Below, piece after piece: positions 44,328 through 54,547 of a stretch of 64,000 bases of DNA (positions are counted from its first letter, which is position 1; each line of letters opens with the position of its first letter). This DNA is from Trueperaceae bacterium (GTDB lineage Bacteria > Deinococcota > Deinococci > Deinococcales > Trueperaceae), in NCBI GenBank assembly GCA_965214405.1, contig OZ243956.1, positions 4,288,001 through 4,352,000 of the forward strand. Direction: 5' to 3'. Under the pieces are notes generated by a model that did no database searches, was not told where the DNA came from, and saw nothing but the letters and a program-made list of their open reading frames with translations. A program made the position numbers and the translations under genes.

Positions 44328-45683
44328 ATGAAAAAGAGATTTCGGCTTTTTAGCGGGCTGCTCACCGCAGCTCTCGCCCTCACGCTGGGCGTTGCGGCGT
44401 TCGCACAGGATTCACAGACGGATTGGGAGAGTGTAGACCCGAGCGGTCAGACGATCAACTTCTGGCACCAGCACTCCGGCGACCGCGAAACGGCGCTCAA
44501 CGAAATCGTGTCCCAGTTCAACGAGACGAACGAGTACGGCATCACCGTCAACGCCGAATACCAGGGCGGCTACGGCGACATCTTCCAGAAAATGCTGCCG
44601 CTGCTCAACACATCGGACGTGCCCGATTTGGTCGTCGCGTATCAGAACCAGGCTGCGACCTATCAGCTTGGCGACGCGCTGCTGGACCTGAACCCGCTCC
44701 TCAACAGCCCCGAGTGGGGCCTCAGCGACGAGGAGCAGGCGGACTTTTTTCCCGGCTTTTTCAACGCGGACGTGTTCCCGACCTTTGACGACCAGCGCTT
44801 AGGCTTTCCGCCCAACCGCTCGGTCGAGGTGATGTACTACAACACCGACTGGCTGAGCGAACTGGGCTACGACGGCCCGCCCACCACGCCCGATGAATTC
44901 AGAGAAATCGCCTGTAGCGCCGCCGAGACTCCCTTTAGCGGCGCGACCGCCGAGGGCAGCACCGGCTACGAACTCGACATCGACGCCTCGACCTTTGCGT
45001 CCTGGACCTTTGCGTTTGGCGGCAACATTTACGACGCCGAGACCGACCAGTTCACCTACAACAGCGAAGCTGCGGTGGAGGCGATGACGTTTCTTCAGAG
45101 TCTCATTCAAGACGGCTGTGCAACGATTGTCACCGAAGAGTTTGGCGACCAGACGGACTTCGGCGCGGGCGTGACGCTCTTCGCGGTCGGTTCCTCTTCA
45201 GGACTGCCCTTCTATGCGAGCGCGGTAGACGAGGGTGCAGACTTTTCCTGGAGCGTGGGCGCGCAACCTCACACCACGGCGGAGCCGGTCGTGAACATCT
45301 ACGGCGCGAGCGTCAGCGTGCCCAAATCGGGGGACCCGGCTAGCGAACTTGCCGCCTGGATTTTCATTAAGTATTACACCTCCGACCAGGCGCAGGCCGA
45401 GTGGGCGGAGGCGAGCAACTACTTCCCGGTGCGCCGGAGCGTGGCGGAGGAACTTACGGGCTACTTCGAGCAAGACCCCACCTACAAGGCCGCCTTTGAT
45501 TTGCTCCCCTACGGCATCGCCGAGCCGCCCGTGCCCGGCTACGACTTCGTACGCGACGTGGTCGAGGAGGAGATGACGGCCATCGTGGACGGCGCGGACG
45601 TGCAGGAAACGTTGGACGCGCTTAACGAAGAGGCCAACAGCATCCTGGCGGACCAGTTGGCGCAGATGCAGAGCAGCAACTAA
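44328..45683 (+). CDS. ABC transporter substrate-binding protein (UgpB-like)
   Basis: Signal peptide AFA-Q, I.FWH, FN.TN, P.N.S..VMYYN, PP.T.DE, AAW.FIKY. Confidence 0.88.
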   Translation: MKKRFRLFSGLLTAALALTLGVAAFAQDSQTDWESVDPSGQTINFWHQHSGDRETALNEIVSQFNETNEYGITVNAEYQGGYGDIFQKMLPLLNTSDVPDLVVAYQNQAATYQLGDALLDLNPLLNSPEWGLSDEEQADFFPGFFNADVFPTFDDQRLGFPPNRSVEVMYYNTDWLSELGYDGPPTTPDEFREIACSAAETPFSGATAEGSTGYELDIDASTFASWTFAFGGNIYDAETDQFTYNSEAAVEAMTFLQSLIQDGCATIVTEEFGDQTDFGAGVTLFAVGSSSGLPFYASAVDEGADFSWSVGAQPHTTAEPVVNIYGASVSVPKSGDPASELAAWIFIKYYTSDQAQAEWAEASNYFPVRRSVAEELTGYFEQDPTYKAAFDLLPYGIAEPPVPGYDFVRDVVEEEMTAIVDGADVQETLDALNEEANSILADQLAQMQSSN

Positions 45684-45701
45684 TAAGAAGCTTCACAGGT
45701 G

Positions 45702-45737
45702 AAAGAGCGGGCATGTTGCCCGCTCTTTTTTGTTTTT
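45702..45737 (+). terminator. Terminator of the sugar ABC operon
   Basis: AAAGAGCGGGCA-TGT-TGCCCGCTCTTT plus T tract. Confidence 0.85.
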
Positions 45738-45858
45738 GTGGCTCCGTCCTGTAGAACATCCGAACCGGGTTCGGGTCAACCATCACCGGCTCCGCAGGCG
45801 GCCACTACGAACCTGGCAATGACGGAGAACACGGCGCACGTGCTAAGCTGACCTCAGT

Positions 45859-45915
45859 ATGAAAAAAACGGACGGCTACGCCAAACTTCCCCCGCCCGCT
45901 TCCCTGACCCGCTAA
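45859..45915 (+). CDS. Candidate leader peptide MKKTDGYAKLPPPASLTR
   Basis: Extended -10 TG-C-TAAGCT 9 nt before ATG; polyproline motif; upstream of the EamA gene. Confidence 0.35.
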   Translation: MKKTDGYAKLPPPASLTR

Positions 45916-46127
45916 GGGCAGGCGAGCAGCTTTTATAGCAGGTATCATCTGGTTTAAGCGAGATTCAGTCCATATATTACCGTACAGGACGTAACTACGG
46001 TGACAATACCTGCGCTGAACTCACTTAGTATGGATGAAAACCGCTATACCTCGAGACTCTCGAGGCGGCGTAGAGATTCGCCTTCCCTATCCCCGTTTGG
46101 ATTTGTTCTTTAACAAGGGAAGGTTTC

Positions 46128-47063
46128 ATGTCTACAAAATCAGCACAAATTTCCTCACGTACCGGCGTCTTACGCATCGCTTTGGCCGCGGCTCTCTGGG
46201 GCACGGTGGGTGTTGCGGTGGGTTTTCTCTACGCTACAACCTCGGTGACCGCGCTTTCAATCGGTTTTTACCGCTTAGCGTTCGCCGCGCCCCTGCTCGC
46301 GCTCGCGCACGTTTTCACAAAGGACAGGCGCACACGGGATACGGTTGCCAAAAAAGGTTTATTAAGAGACGGAACGGCGGTCGCGCTGATGGGCGTGATG
46401 CTCGCGGTGTATCAGATTTGCTACTTCGCCGCGATCTCGCGGGTCGGCGTCGCCGTCGCCACGCTCGTCACGCTCTGCACCGCCCCGATTATCGTCGCGG
46501 GGCTCTCGTTCATCTTTTTGGGCGAACGGCTCTCCCGCAGGCTCGTCGCCGCGCTCGTTCTGGCTACGCTCGGCACGGTTCTTTTGACCGGCGTACGCGT
46601 TGGCGGAGGGGGAGCGGCGCAGGGACAAACATGGGGCGTCCTCCTCGCGCTCGGGTCGGCGACGGGCTACGCGGTGGTGGTCCTCCTGAGCCGCACCCTG
46701 GCGGGGCGCGTTCGCGCGCTCACGTCGCTCACCGGGGCCTTTGCGGTGGGCGCGCTCGCGCTGCTGCCCTTTGCGCTCCTTTCCGGCTTGACGGTGCGGC
46801 TGGGGCCGTTAGGCTGGCTGACGCTTCTCTATTTGGGGCTTGTGCCCTCCGCCCTGGGTTACGTGCTCTTCATTACAGGGATGCGCACGACGCCCGCCAC
46901 CGCGGCGAGCATTGTGACGCTGCTCGAGCCCCTCACCGCCACCCTCTTAGCGTGGTTCTTGTTCGGGGAACGGCTTGGCGCGGCGGGTCTGGCGGGCGGC
47001 GCGCTTCTCCTTTTCGCCATCGTGCTCTTGTCGCTAAAGCCTCGTAAAGCTGAAGTTGGCTAG
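46128..47063 (+). CDS. EamA/DMT family transporter
   Basis: AALWGTVG, two EamA repeats, LLEPLTATLLAWFLFGERL. Confidence 0.92.
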   Translation: MSTKSAQISSRTGVLRIALAAALWGTVGVAVGFLYATTSVTALSIGFYRLAFAAPLLALAHVFTKDRRTRDTVAKKGLLRDGTAVALMGVMLAVYQICYFAAISRVGVAVATLVTLCTAPIIVAGLSFIFLGERLSRRLVAALVLATLGTVLLTGVRVGGGGAAQGQTWGVLLALGSATGYAVVVLLSRTLAGRVRALTSLTGAFAVGALALLPFALLSGLTVRLGPLGWLTLLYLGLVPSALGYVLFITGMRTTPATAASIVTLLEPLTATLLAWFLFGERLGAAGLAGGALLLFAIVLLSLKPRKAEVG

Positions 47064-47220
47064 AGGTGAGATAGTCGCTGTTTCTCTACCCTCCACAAAT
47101 GTTGTTCAGCACGTTGTGGATGACGGATACGGCTTGAAACTGTGAACCGTACCGCCTGGGGCAAAAGCTTGGGATAAAAGCAGGCCACACGGAGAGGCGA
47201 AAACCGGTAGACTGTCTCGC

Positions 47221-48567
47221 GTGTCTTTCAGGTCCAGAGGCCGCGCCCTCTCTCCCGCTCAATTCATCGCGGTGTCGTTTTTGGGCGCGATTGCCGTCGG
47301 CACCCTTCTTCTTAGTTTGCCCGCCTCACACGCGGCGGGCGGGAGTGTGGGCTTTCTCGACGCGCTCTTTACCGCCACGAGCGCGGTTTGCGTGACGGGG
47401 CTTGTCGTGGTGGACACGGGGAGCGCCTACAGCCGTTTTGGACAAATCGTTATCATGCTGCTCTTTCAGCTCGGCGGGTTGGGCGTGCTGACGCTGGGGA
47501 CGTTTTTGGCCTACGCGACGGGGCGGCGGGTGGGCTTTAGCGGGCGGGTGCGGTTGCAGGCGCAGGTGAACGTGCTCGAGCCCGGCGGCGTGCTCCGCTT
47601 GGTCCGCGCTATTCTTATCCTTGTGCTCACCACGGAAGTTGTGGGAGCCGCGCTCCTTTACATCCGTTTCGCGCGCGTCGAGGGACCCGCCGACGGGATC
47701 TTGTACAGCCTTTTTCACGCCATCAGCGCCTTTAACAACGCGGGCTTCGCGCTCTACCCGGACAGTCTGGTGCGCTTTGTGAGCGACCCGCTCGTTAACT
47801 TTGTGGTCATCGCGCTCATCCTTTTGGGCGGTCTCGGCTTTGTGGTGATTCTCAACCTTTTGGCGCGTTTTCGGCAACGGGAGCGCACGCCGCTGAGCCT
47901 TCACACCAAGATGGTTTTGAGCATCACGGGCTTTCTGATCGCGGTGGGGACGGTGGTGTTTGTGGTGCTCGAGTGGAGCAACCCCGCGACGCTCGGCGCT
48001 CTGGGTTTGCCGGGCAAGCTGCTCGCCGGACTCTTCCAGTCGGTCACGCCGCGCACGGCGGGCTTTAACACGCTCGACTACGCGCAGATGGAGCCCCCCA
48101 GCATCCTCTTCACCACGCTGCTCATGTTTATCGGCGGCAACCCCGGCTCGACGGCGGGGGGCATCAAGACGGTCACCTTTTTTGTACTGGCGGCGAACGC
48201 CTGGAGCGTGGTGCGGGGCCGGGCGGAACTCGACTTGTTCGGGCGGCGCATCGCCCAGAACACGGTGGTGCGCGCGGGCGTCATTGCCTTTGGCGGCGTG
48301 ATGGTTTTGGGAGCCTCGCTAACGCTTCTTACGCTCACCGAGCCCGAGGGGGCCTTTTTGCCGCTCTTCTTCGAGGCGGTCTCGGCCTTTGGCACCGTCG
48401 GGCTCTCGCTGGGCGTCACGGGCTCTTTAAGCGCCGCCGGGAAATGTGTCATCATCGTGCTTATGTATTTGGGTCGCATCGGACTGGTGACGTTCGCGCT
48501 GGCGCTCGTGGCGCAACCCCCCGCGGGCGCGGTGCGCTACCCTGCCGAAGAGGTGGTGATCGGCTGA
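47221..48567 (+). CDS. ktrB: Ktr/TrkH potassium uptake membrane subunit
   Basis: FTATSAVCVTGL, SAFNNAGF, RTAGF, SAFGTVGLS filter motifs. Confidence 0.9.
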   Translation: MSFRSRGRALSPAQFIAVSFLGAIAVGTLLLSLPASHAAGGSVGFLDALFTATSAVCVTGLVVVDTGSAYSRFGQIVIMLLFQLGGLGVLTLGTFLAYATGRRVGFSGRVRLQAQVNVLEPGGVLRLVRAILILVLTTEVVGAALLYIRFARVEGPADGILYSLFHAISAFNNAGFALYPDSLVRFVSDPLVNFVVIALILLGGLGFVVILNLLARFRQRERTPLSLHTKMVLSITGFLIAVGTVVFVVLEWSNPATLGALGLPGKLLAGLFQSVTPRTAGFNTLDYAQMEPPSILFTTLLMFIGGNPGSTAGGIKTVTFFVLAANAWSVVRGRAELDLFGRRIAQNTVVRAGVIAFGGVMVLGASLTLLTLTEPEGAFLPLFFEAVSAFGTVGLSLGVTGSLSAAGKCVIIVLMYLGRIGLVTFALALVAQPPAGAVRYPAEEVVIG

Positions 48568-49220
48568 TGGCGGGGCAGTTTCTGGTGGTGGGGGTGGGGC
48601 GTTTCGGCTCGTCCGTGGCGCAGACGCTTTACGATCTGGGTCACGAGGTGGTGGCGGTCGATAGCGACGAGGGCGCGCTCGAGGAGGTGATGGGCCGCGT
48701 GTCGCACGCCGCGATTCTCGACGCGACGGACGAGCGGACCTTGAGAAAGTTGGGGCTCGAGCATTTCGACACGGTCATCATCGCCATTGGCGAGGACCTA
48801 GAGGCCAGTATCTTAGCCACCGTCGCCGCCAAGGGCGCGGGCGCGCGCCACGTCATCAGCAAGGCGAGTGGCGGACTCACCGCGCGCGTGCTCGCCAGCG
48901 TCGGGGCCGACGAGGTGGTGCGCCCGGAGCACGACATGGGCGTGCGGCTCGCCCGGCAGCTCGCCGCGCCTAACATTATCGACACGTTGGAACTCGGCGC
49001 GGACCACAGCGTCGTCGAGGTCGAGGCGAAAAGGTTGCGCGGGCGGCTCGTCGACCTCAAGCTGCCCAACCGCTTCGGCGTCCAGGTTATCGGCGTCCGC
49101 CGCGGGGGCACGCTCACGGTAAGTCCGGGCGCGGACTTTGAGGTCAAACCGGGCGACAGAGTGATCGTGGTGGGGAGCAACCGGGATTTGGAGAGGTTAC
49201 GGGAGCGGCTGGGGGATTGA
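48567..49220 (+). CDS. ktrA: Ktr/TrkA RCK regulatory subunit
   Basis: F.V.G.GRFG, VIIAIGED, GAD.VV.PE.DMG; ATG overlaps the ktrB stop (TGATG). Confidence 0.9.
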   Translation: MAGQFLVVGVGRFGSSVAQTLYDLGHEVVAVDSDEGALEEVMGRVSHAAILDATDERTLRKLGLEHFDTVIIAIGEDLEASILATVAAKGAGARHVISKASGGLTARVLASVGADEVVRPEHDMGVRLARQLAAPNIIDTLELGADHSVVEVEAKRLRGRLVDLKLPNRFGVQVIGVRRGGTLTVSPGADFEVKPGDRVIVVGSNRDLERLRERLGD

Positions 49221-49316
49221 GGGGTGAGTAATAAGGGGTGAGTGATGAGGGGCTAGAAGAGGTGAAGTGGGGAGATGGGGGATGAAGAAATGGGGAGACA
49301 GGTGGGGAGTGGTGGA
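49221..49316 (+). repeat. Purine-rich short tandem repeats after ktrA
   Basis: GGGGTGAGTAATAA/GGGGTGAGTGATGA, then TGGGGAGA-like units. Confidence 0.55.
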
Positions 49317-49408
49317 GAAAAATTTATCTGTCCTAGCTGTTTTTGTGTGTTCTGTCTTCATGCGCTGTGAAGTGCGCGGTACGTCTGGGTAGGTGACGGA
49401 ATAACATT

Positions 49409-50260
49409 ATGAGAAAACCTTTGATGCGGCCCGCGTATGACGCGGTTTTGTGTTTGGTACTGCTCTTTGGGGGGCTGGTGCTTGACTTAACCACCACACA
49501 GGGGCTGGTGGTGGCGATCATTTACAACATTCCGATTGCGCTCTCGGGGCTCGCGCTGTCGCGTCCGCTAACGCTCTGGATGCTCGTGCTGGCGCTCTCC
49601 GCCAACGTCGCGGCGGGGTATGAAAACGCGCTTCTGACGCAAGGTTACGACGCCGTCACCCTGCTCAACCGCGCGCTGGCGGCGCTCTCATTCGTGCTCG
49701 TCGGGATCATGACGCTGGCGCTGGACAGGGCCTCGGACGAGGTCACGGCTCTGGCGGACAAAGAGGCCGAGGCGGAGCGGGAACGGGGGTTGCGCGAACT
49801 CCTCATCCGTCTGAGCGGCCCGCACACCCCCGACACGCTGCTGACGCACGCCGCCGCGCTCCTTCGCACGCTGTTAGAGGCGGACGCGGTGGTCGTGTCG
49901 GCGCTTGACGGTGACCACTTTACAACCCCGCGCTACGCCGAGCCCGAGGGCGCGGGCGTCGCCAAACCGGGCTCGCTCGCGTCGTGGGCGGTGGACGCGA
50001 TTCCCACCACCGACACGCCCGTCATCACGGTGCGCTCCGAGCGGGGGGCGACCACGGTGGGGCGCTGGCGCCGCTCGGGCGCGGCCCAGGAGGGCGACTT
50101 TATCGTCGTCGCCACCCGTCCCCGCGCGCGGGAGGCGTCGCTGCTGCTGGGCGAGGCGCTTAAAGGCTTGGAGCCCCTGCTGGGGCGCGCCGAAGCGTAC
50201 GCGTTTGCCACAGACGGGAGGCTCGAGGACGAACCAAGCCACATGGAAAGCCTTCAATGA
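49409..50260 (+). CDS. Membrane protein with sensor-like N-terminus (4 TM) and GAF-like C-terminus, no output domain
   Basis: DL.T......I.Y.IP..L TM module with NR.L motif, followed by a soluble domain. Confidence 0.55.
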   Translation: MRKPLMRPAYDAVLCLVLLFGGLVLDLTTTQGLVVAIIYNIPIALSGLALSRPLTLWMLVLALSANVAAGYENALLTQGYDAVTLLNRALAALSFVLVGIMTLALDRASDEVTALADKEAEAERERGLRELLIRLSGPHTPDTLLTHAAALLRTLLEADAVVVSALDGDHFTTPRYAEPEGAGVAKPGSLASWAVDAIPTTDTPVITVRSERGATTVGRWRRSGAAQEGDFIVVATRPRAREASLLLGEALKGLEPLLGRAEAYAFATDGRLEDEPSHMESLQ

Positions 50261-50458
50261 AGATCTCACCTTGCGTACAAGGAGCTGAGGAGCCGTTCAA
50301 AACGGGTAAACCTACGCCACCACCCTCAAACACGCCTCTCGGCTCAACGAGCAGGCAGACGGCTCCTATTCCAGCGTGGCAGAAGCCGAAAGCGTCCTTG
50401 TAGCGTTGACACCCCTTGAACAGCTTGGAGCCTCTGGTTTTATAGTCCAGCCCTCAGC

Positions 50459-50851
50459 TCACCACACCCGCGTGACGGGAAAGAGGTCGAGCGCTGTATC
50501 CTTGCTGACGAGCGGGGTCCCCTCGAGGAGCGCTTGGGCGGCGAGAAGACGGTCGAAGGGGTCTTTATGCTCGAGCTTGAACTGCCCTGCCAGGCGCGTG
50601 TGCGAGCTGCGGATAAAGAGTTCTTGCGCGCCGAGTCTTTTGATGAACCCCGCGTAAAGCGTCTCGTCCATGAACGGAGCGACTTCAGGCCACTTGCCCA
50701 AGTGATGTTTGATGCTCATCTCCCAGATGCTCGCGGGGCTGACTAAGAGTTCGTTACTGATGGTGCTGAGAAGCTCGAGGGCTGTTTCGCCCAGACGCGT
50801 AGGGTCACCTACCGCCCAGGCGAATGTATGGGTGTCGAGCAGATAGCGCAT
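50459..50851 (-). CDS. vapC: VapC PIN-domain toxin
   Basis: YLLDTH..W, S.ASIWE..IK, HKDPFDRLL.AQA. Confidence 0.9.
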   Translation of the reverse strand: MRYLLDTHTFAWAVGDPTRLGETALELLSTISNELLVSPASIWEMSIKHHLGKWPEVAPFMDETLYAGFIKRLGAQELFIRSSHTRLAGQFKLEHKDPFDRLLAAQALLEGTPLVSKDTALDLFPVTRVW

Positions 50852-51082
50852 TCACTCAGCGCCGTAGAACGCGCTGATGGTCTCGTCATCGGTAGGCTCG
50901 AGCAGGTCGCTCTGGAACGCAACGGGATAAAAGCCCAGCTCGCGCGCCTCAGGCTTGGCTAAACCAACGAGTTTGGCAACAGGTTTGCCGTAGCGCGAGA
51001 TGAGCACCTCTTCTCCGTCCGTCACGGCGTCGATGAGTTCGGAAAGACGGGCCTTTGCTTCATGAAGCTGGAGCATTTTCAC
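50852..51082 (-). CDS. Phd/YefM family antitoxin
   Basis: LHEAKARLSELI..V..GEEV.I.R.GKPVAKL. Confidence 0.9.
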   Translation of the reverse strand: MKMLQLHEAKARLSELIDAVTDGEEVLISRYGKPVAKLVGLAKPEARELGFYPVAFQSDLLEPTDDETISAFYGAE

Positions 51083-51305
51083 CCTTTTAGTCTAAACGAG
51101 TTGGTCAGAAATTACCAGCCCTCTTTTGTTTCACTTCTGCAGCGAACGCGCACAAGTGCAGCGTGACGAGGTGACGTGTAGGTAACCTGTAAAGGCTCCT
51201 TTCCTCAATTCCGGGTGCGCTGATTACACTATGACTCATTACGCTATGACACATTTCGTAGGACGTTCGGCAGTCCCTCCCTCACCAACATGCTAGCGTC
51301 AGAAT

Positions 51306-53093
51306 ATGAACGACGCCGCGCCCCTCCGCCGCCTCTGGCGCTACGCCAGCGGGCACCGACCCAAAATCATCCAGGCTACCCTTTTCTCGGTCCTCAACAA
51401 AGTCTTCGACCTCGCGCCGCCGCTGCTCATCGGGGTGGCGCTCGACGTGGTGGTGCAGGAGCAGAATTCGCTTCTTGCTGGATTGGGTTTCGAGGACGTG
51501 ATGACGCAGCTCTGGGTCCTCGCGGGGGTGACGGTCTTGGTGTGGGGATTAGAGTCCTTGTCCGAATATATTTTCCAACTCCTCTGGCGCAACTTGGCCC
51601 AAAGCCTGCAACACGACCTGCGCGTCGAGACCTATGACCATGTACAGGGCTTGGAACTCGCCTATTTTGAGGACCGCTCGACGGGCGGGCTTATGTCGGT
51701 CTTGAACGACGATATCAATCAGCTCGAGCGTTTTTTGAACGTGGGGGCCAACGACATCATCCAGGTCATCGTCACGGTCATCGTCGTGGGCATCCTCTTT
51801 TTTGTCGCCGCGCCCGCGGTGGCCTGGCTCGCCTTTTTGCCCGTGCCCCTAATTATCTGGGGCTCGTTTAGGTTTCAAAGGAGGATCGCGCCGCACTACG
51901 CGGAGGTGCGCGAACGCGTGGGCAGCCTCAACGGCCAACTCGCCAACAACCTGTCGGGCATCGCCACCATCAAGAGCTTTACCGCGGAAGGGCTCGAGAC
52001 GCGCCGCGTGTCCGGAGAAAGCGACGCTTACCGCGAGAGCAACCGCCGCGCCATCCGGCTCTCGTCAACTTTTGTGCCGCTCATCCGCATGGCGATTGTG
52101 GCGGGTTTCGTCGCCACGCTTGTGTACGGCGGCTATTTGACCGTCAGCGGCTCACTCGCCGTCGGCGTTTACGGCACGCTCGTGTTTATGACGCAGCGCC
52201 TCCTGTGGCCCCTGACCCGTTTGGGCGAGACGTTCGACCTCTACCAGCGCGCGATGGCCTCGACGGCGCGCGTGCTCAACCTTTTGGACACCGAAGCCGA
52301 AATGGCGGACGGCGCGACCCCGCTGCCGCTAAGGGAGGTGCGCGGCGAGGTTCGTTTGGAGGAGGTGACGTTCGGCTACAAGGACGGGCCGACGGTGCTG
52401 AACGGCCTCACGCTGTCCGTCCCCGCGGGCGCGACGACCGCGGTGGTGGGCGCGACGGGCGCGGGCAAATCGACGCTCGTCAAGCTCCTCTTGCGCTTTT
52501 ACGACCCAAATAAAGGCCGCGTGACCTTGGACGGGCGTGATGTGCGGGAGGTGAGGCTCGAGGACCTGCGCCGCGCTATCGGCTTAGTGAGCCAAGACGT
52601 ATTTTTATTTCACGGCACCGTGCGCGAAAATATCGCCTACGGCAGGCCCGACGCAACCTTGGACGAGGTCGTCCACGCCGCCAAAGTCGCCGAGGCGCAC
52701 GACTTTATCAGCGCGCTCTCCCGCGGCTACGACACCATCGTCGGCGAGCGCGGGCAAAAGCTCTCGGGCGGGCAGCGTCAGCGGGTCTCGATTGCGCGCG
52801 CGGTCCTTAAGGATCCGCCCATCCTGATTCTGGACGAGGCCACCTCGGCGGTGGACAACGAGACGGAAGCCGCCATCCAGCGCTCACTAGAGCGCGTGTC
52901 ACGAGACCGGACGGTCGTCTTGATTGCCCACCGGCTCTCGACGGTGCGCAACGCGGACAGGATTTATGTGCTTGAGGGCGGCACCCTGGCCGAGGCGGGG
53001 CGGCACGAGGAGCTTTTGGATACGGGCGGCATTTATGCGGGGCTCTGGAGCGTACAGACCGGCAGCTCAGCGCGCGCCCTGCCCGGTGATTAG
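51306..53093 (+). CDS. ABC exporter (fused permease-ATPase)
   Basis: TMD followed by [26 protein letters not shown]. Confidence 0.93.
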   Translation: MNDAAPLRRLWRYASGHRPKIIQATLFSVLNKVFDLAPPLLIGVALDVVVQEQNSLLAGLGFEDVMTQLWVLAGVTVLVWGLESLSEYIFQLLWRNLAQSLQHDLRVETYDHVQGLELAYFEDRSTGGLMSVLNDDINQLERFLNVGANDIIQVIVTVIVVGILFFVAAPAVAWLAFLPVPLIIWGSFRFQRRIAPHYAEVRERVGSLNGQLANNLSGIATIKSFTAEGLETRRVSGESDAYRESNRRAIRLSSTFVPLIRMAIVAGFVATLVYGGYLTVSGSLAVGVYGTLVFMTQRLLWPLTRLGETFDLYQRAMASTARVLNLLDTEAEMADGATPLPLREVRGEVRLEEVTFGYKDGPTVLNGLTLSVPAGATTAVVGATGAGKSTLVKLLLRFYDPNKGRVTLDGRDVREVRLEDLRRAIGLVSQDVFLFHGTVRENIAYGRPDATLDEVVHAAKVAEAHDFISALSRGYDTIVGERGQKLSGGQRQRVSIARAVLKDPPILILDEATSAVDNETEAAIQRSLERVSRDRTVVLIAHRLSTVRNADRIYVLEGGTLAEAGRHEELLDTGGIYAGLWSVQTGSSARALPGD

Positions 53094-53209
53094 CGGTCAT
53101 TAGCCGGTCATTTGCAGCGCGGCGGAGGACGGGGCGAAAGTTGGTGACGCCAGCCCTCACAGGCTGAGCCCTACGTTGAACTCGCTCAGTAAGGATGAAA
53201 ACCGCCAGA

Positions 53210-54547
53210 TTAAACCGCCACCCACAGCTCGGCCCGCAGTCCGTGAGGGGGGTGGGGGAGGAGCGCGAGCCGCCCCCCATGCACCTCGGCGACTTGCGCC
53301 ACCACAGTGAGGCCCAAGCCGCTCCCCGGCGTGCGCGTGCCCGGCGCGCGGTAGAACGCCTCGGTCGCGCGCGCGGTAGCTTCGGGTGACAAGCCCGGCC
53401 CGGTATCGGTCACGCTCAACACCGCGAAGTTCTGTCCCGAGACTCCAGAGACGGGGCGGGACTCGAGTCCAACCCCAACGTCTGCACCCGGCGCGTGCTT
53501 TTTGGCATTTTCTAAGAGGTTGACGAGCGCTTGCCGCAGCAAAAGGGGGTCGCCTGAAAGCTCGAGCGTCTCCGGTCCCTTATAGACAACGTTCGCCTCT
53601 TCCGCTACTTCTTTAGCCAGACCCGCCACATTCACCCCCACCCGCTGCGTCCGGCCTTCGCGCGCCAGCGTCAGCAGCGCTTCGCTAAGGCGCGTCATCC
53701 GTGTGACCTCGCCCTCGAGCACGGCAAAGGTTTCTTCAGCGCCCGCGTAGCCCTCGCGGTAGGACGAAAGCTGGAGCTTCATGGCCGTGAGCGGCGTGCG
53801 CAACTCGTGCGAGGCGCTTCTCGTAAAGGCGCTCTCGCGCCCGCGAAAAGCTGCCAAGCGCTCCAACATCCGGTTAAAGGTCGCGCTCAACTCACCCAGC
53901 TCCCCGCCGCCCGTTTGGGGCACCCGCAGGGACAAGTCGCCCGAGGTCGCCACCCGCTGCGCCGTCTCGAGCAGGTGTTGCAGGGGGCGCAGCGCGGGGC
54001 GGCTCAGCAGCAGCGAGGCAAGCGCGCCCAACGCCGAAACGCCTAAAACTGTGATGAGCAATGTTCGGCGGTAGCGACTCAAACTCTCGAGGAGTTCGTA
54101 GGACGAAACGGCCCCCTGAATGTAGTCCTGAATATAGCTTTCGGGCGGCCCCTGCGCGGCGCTCTCCCGGAAGCCCGGCGGCCCCGAACGCGCCGCGACG
54201 CTGCCGACGCGCCAGCTACCGTACGTTTTGGGTTTCGACGCAAATTCGACCGGCACGTCCGCCGGAAAATCGTCCGTCTGCGCGACCACCTGACCTTCCC
54301 TGACAACACGCGCCCTCACGACGTAGCCCTCGAAAAGTTCGTTGAGGATTGGCGCGTCACGGGAGCCGCCGCGCGGGCCACGCTCTCGCTGTGAGGTTTG
54401 GAGCTGCGTCAGGTACAAACGCAAGGTGCGGTCCAAACTCGCGTACGCCTGCTGCCGAAAACTCAGGTACCCGAACACGCCTTGCGTAAGGAGCGCCGCG
54501 GCGATGGCGAGCGCGATAAAGAGCGCGAGCCGGGTTCTTAAACTCAC
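53210..54547 (-). CDS. HAMP sensor histidine kinase
   Basis: ASHELRTPL, NLLENA, DTGPG, GSGLGL. Confidence 0.92.
   Translation of the reverse strand: MSLRTRLALFIALAIAAALLTQGVFGYLSFRQQAYASLDRTLRLYLTQLQTSQRERGPRGGSRDAPILNELFEGYVVRARVVREGQVVAQTDDFPADVPVEFASKPKTYGSWRVGSVAARSGPPGFRESAAQGPPESYIQDYIQGAVSSYELLESLSRYRRTLLITVLGVSALGALASLLLSRPALRPLQHLLETAQRVATSGDLSLRVPQTGGGELGELSATFNRMLERLAAFRGRESAFTRSASHELRTPLTAMKLQLSSYREGYAGAEETFAVLEGEVTRMTRLSEALLTLAREGRTQRVGVNVAGLAKEVAEEANVVYKGPETLELSGDPLLLRQALVNLLENAKKHAPGADVGVGLESRPVSGVSGQNFAVLSVTDTGPGLSPEATARATEAFYRAPGTRTPGSGLGLTVVAQVAEVHGGRLALLPHPPHGLRAELWVAV

Noticed and set aside
47064..47220. c-di-AMP (ydaO) riboswitch before ktrBA
   Set aside because: No GCTGAA...GGAAC.GGGG core; the start looks leaderless
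50446..51123. CCAGCCCTC on both sides of the Phd-VapC pair as a target duplication
   Set aside because: Only 9 bp and GC-rich, so plausible by chance without comparative data
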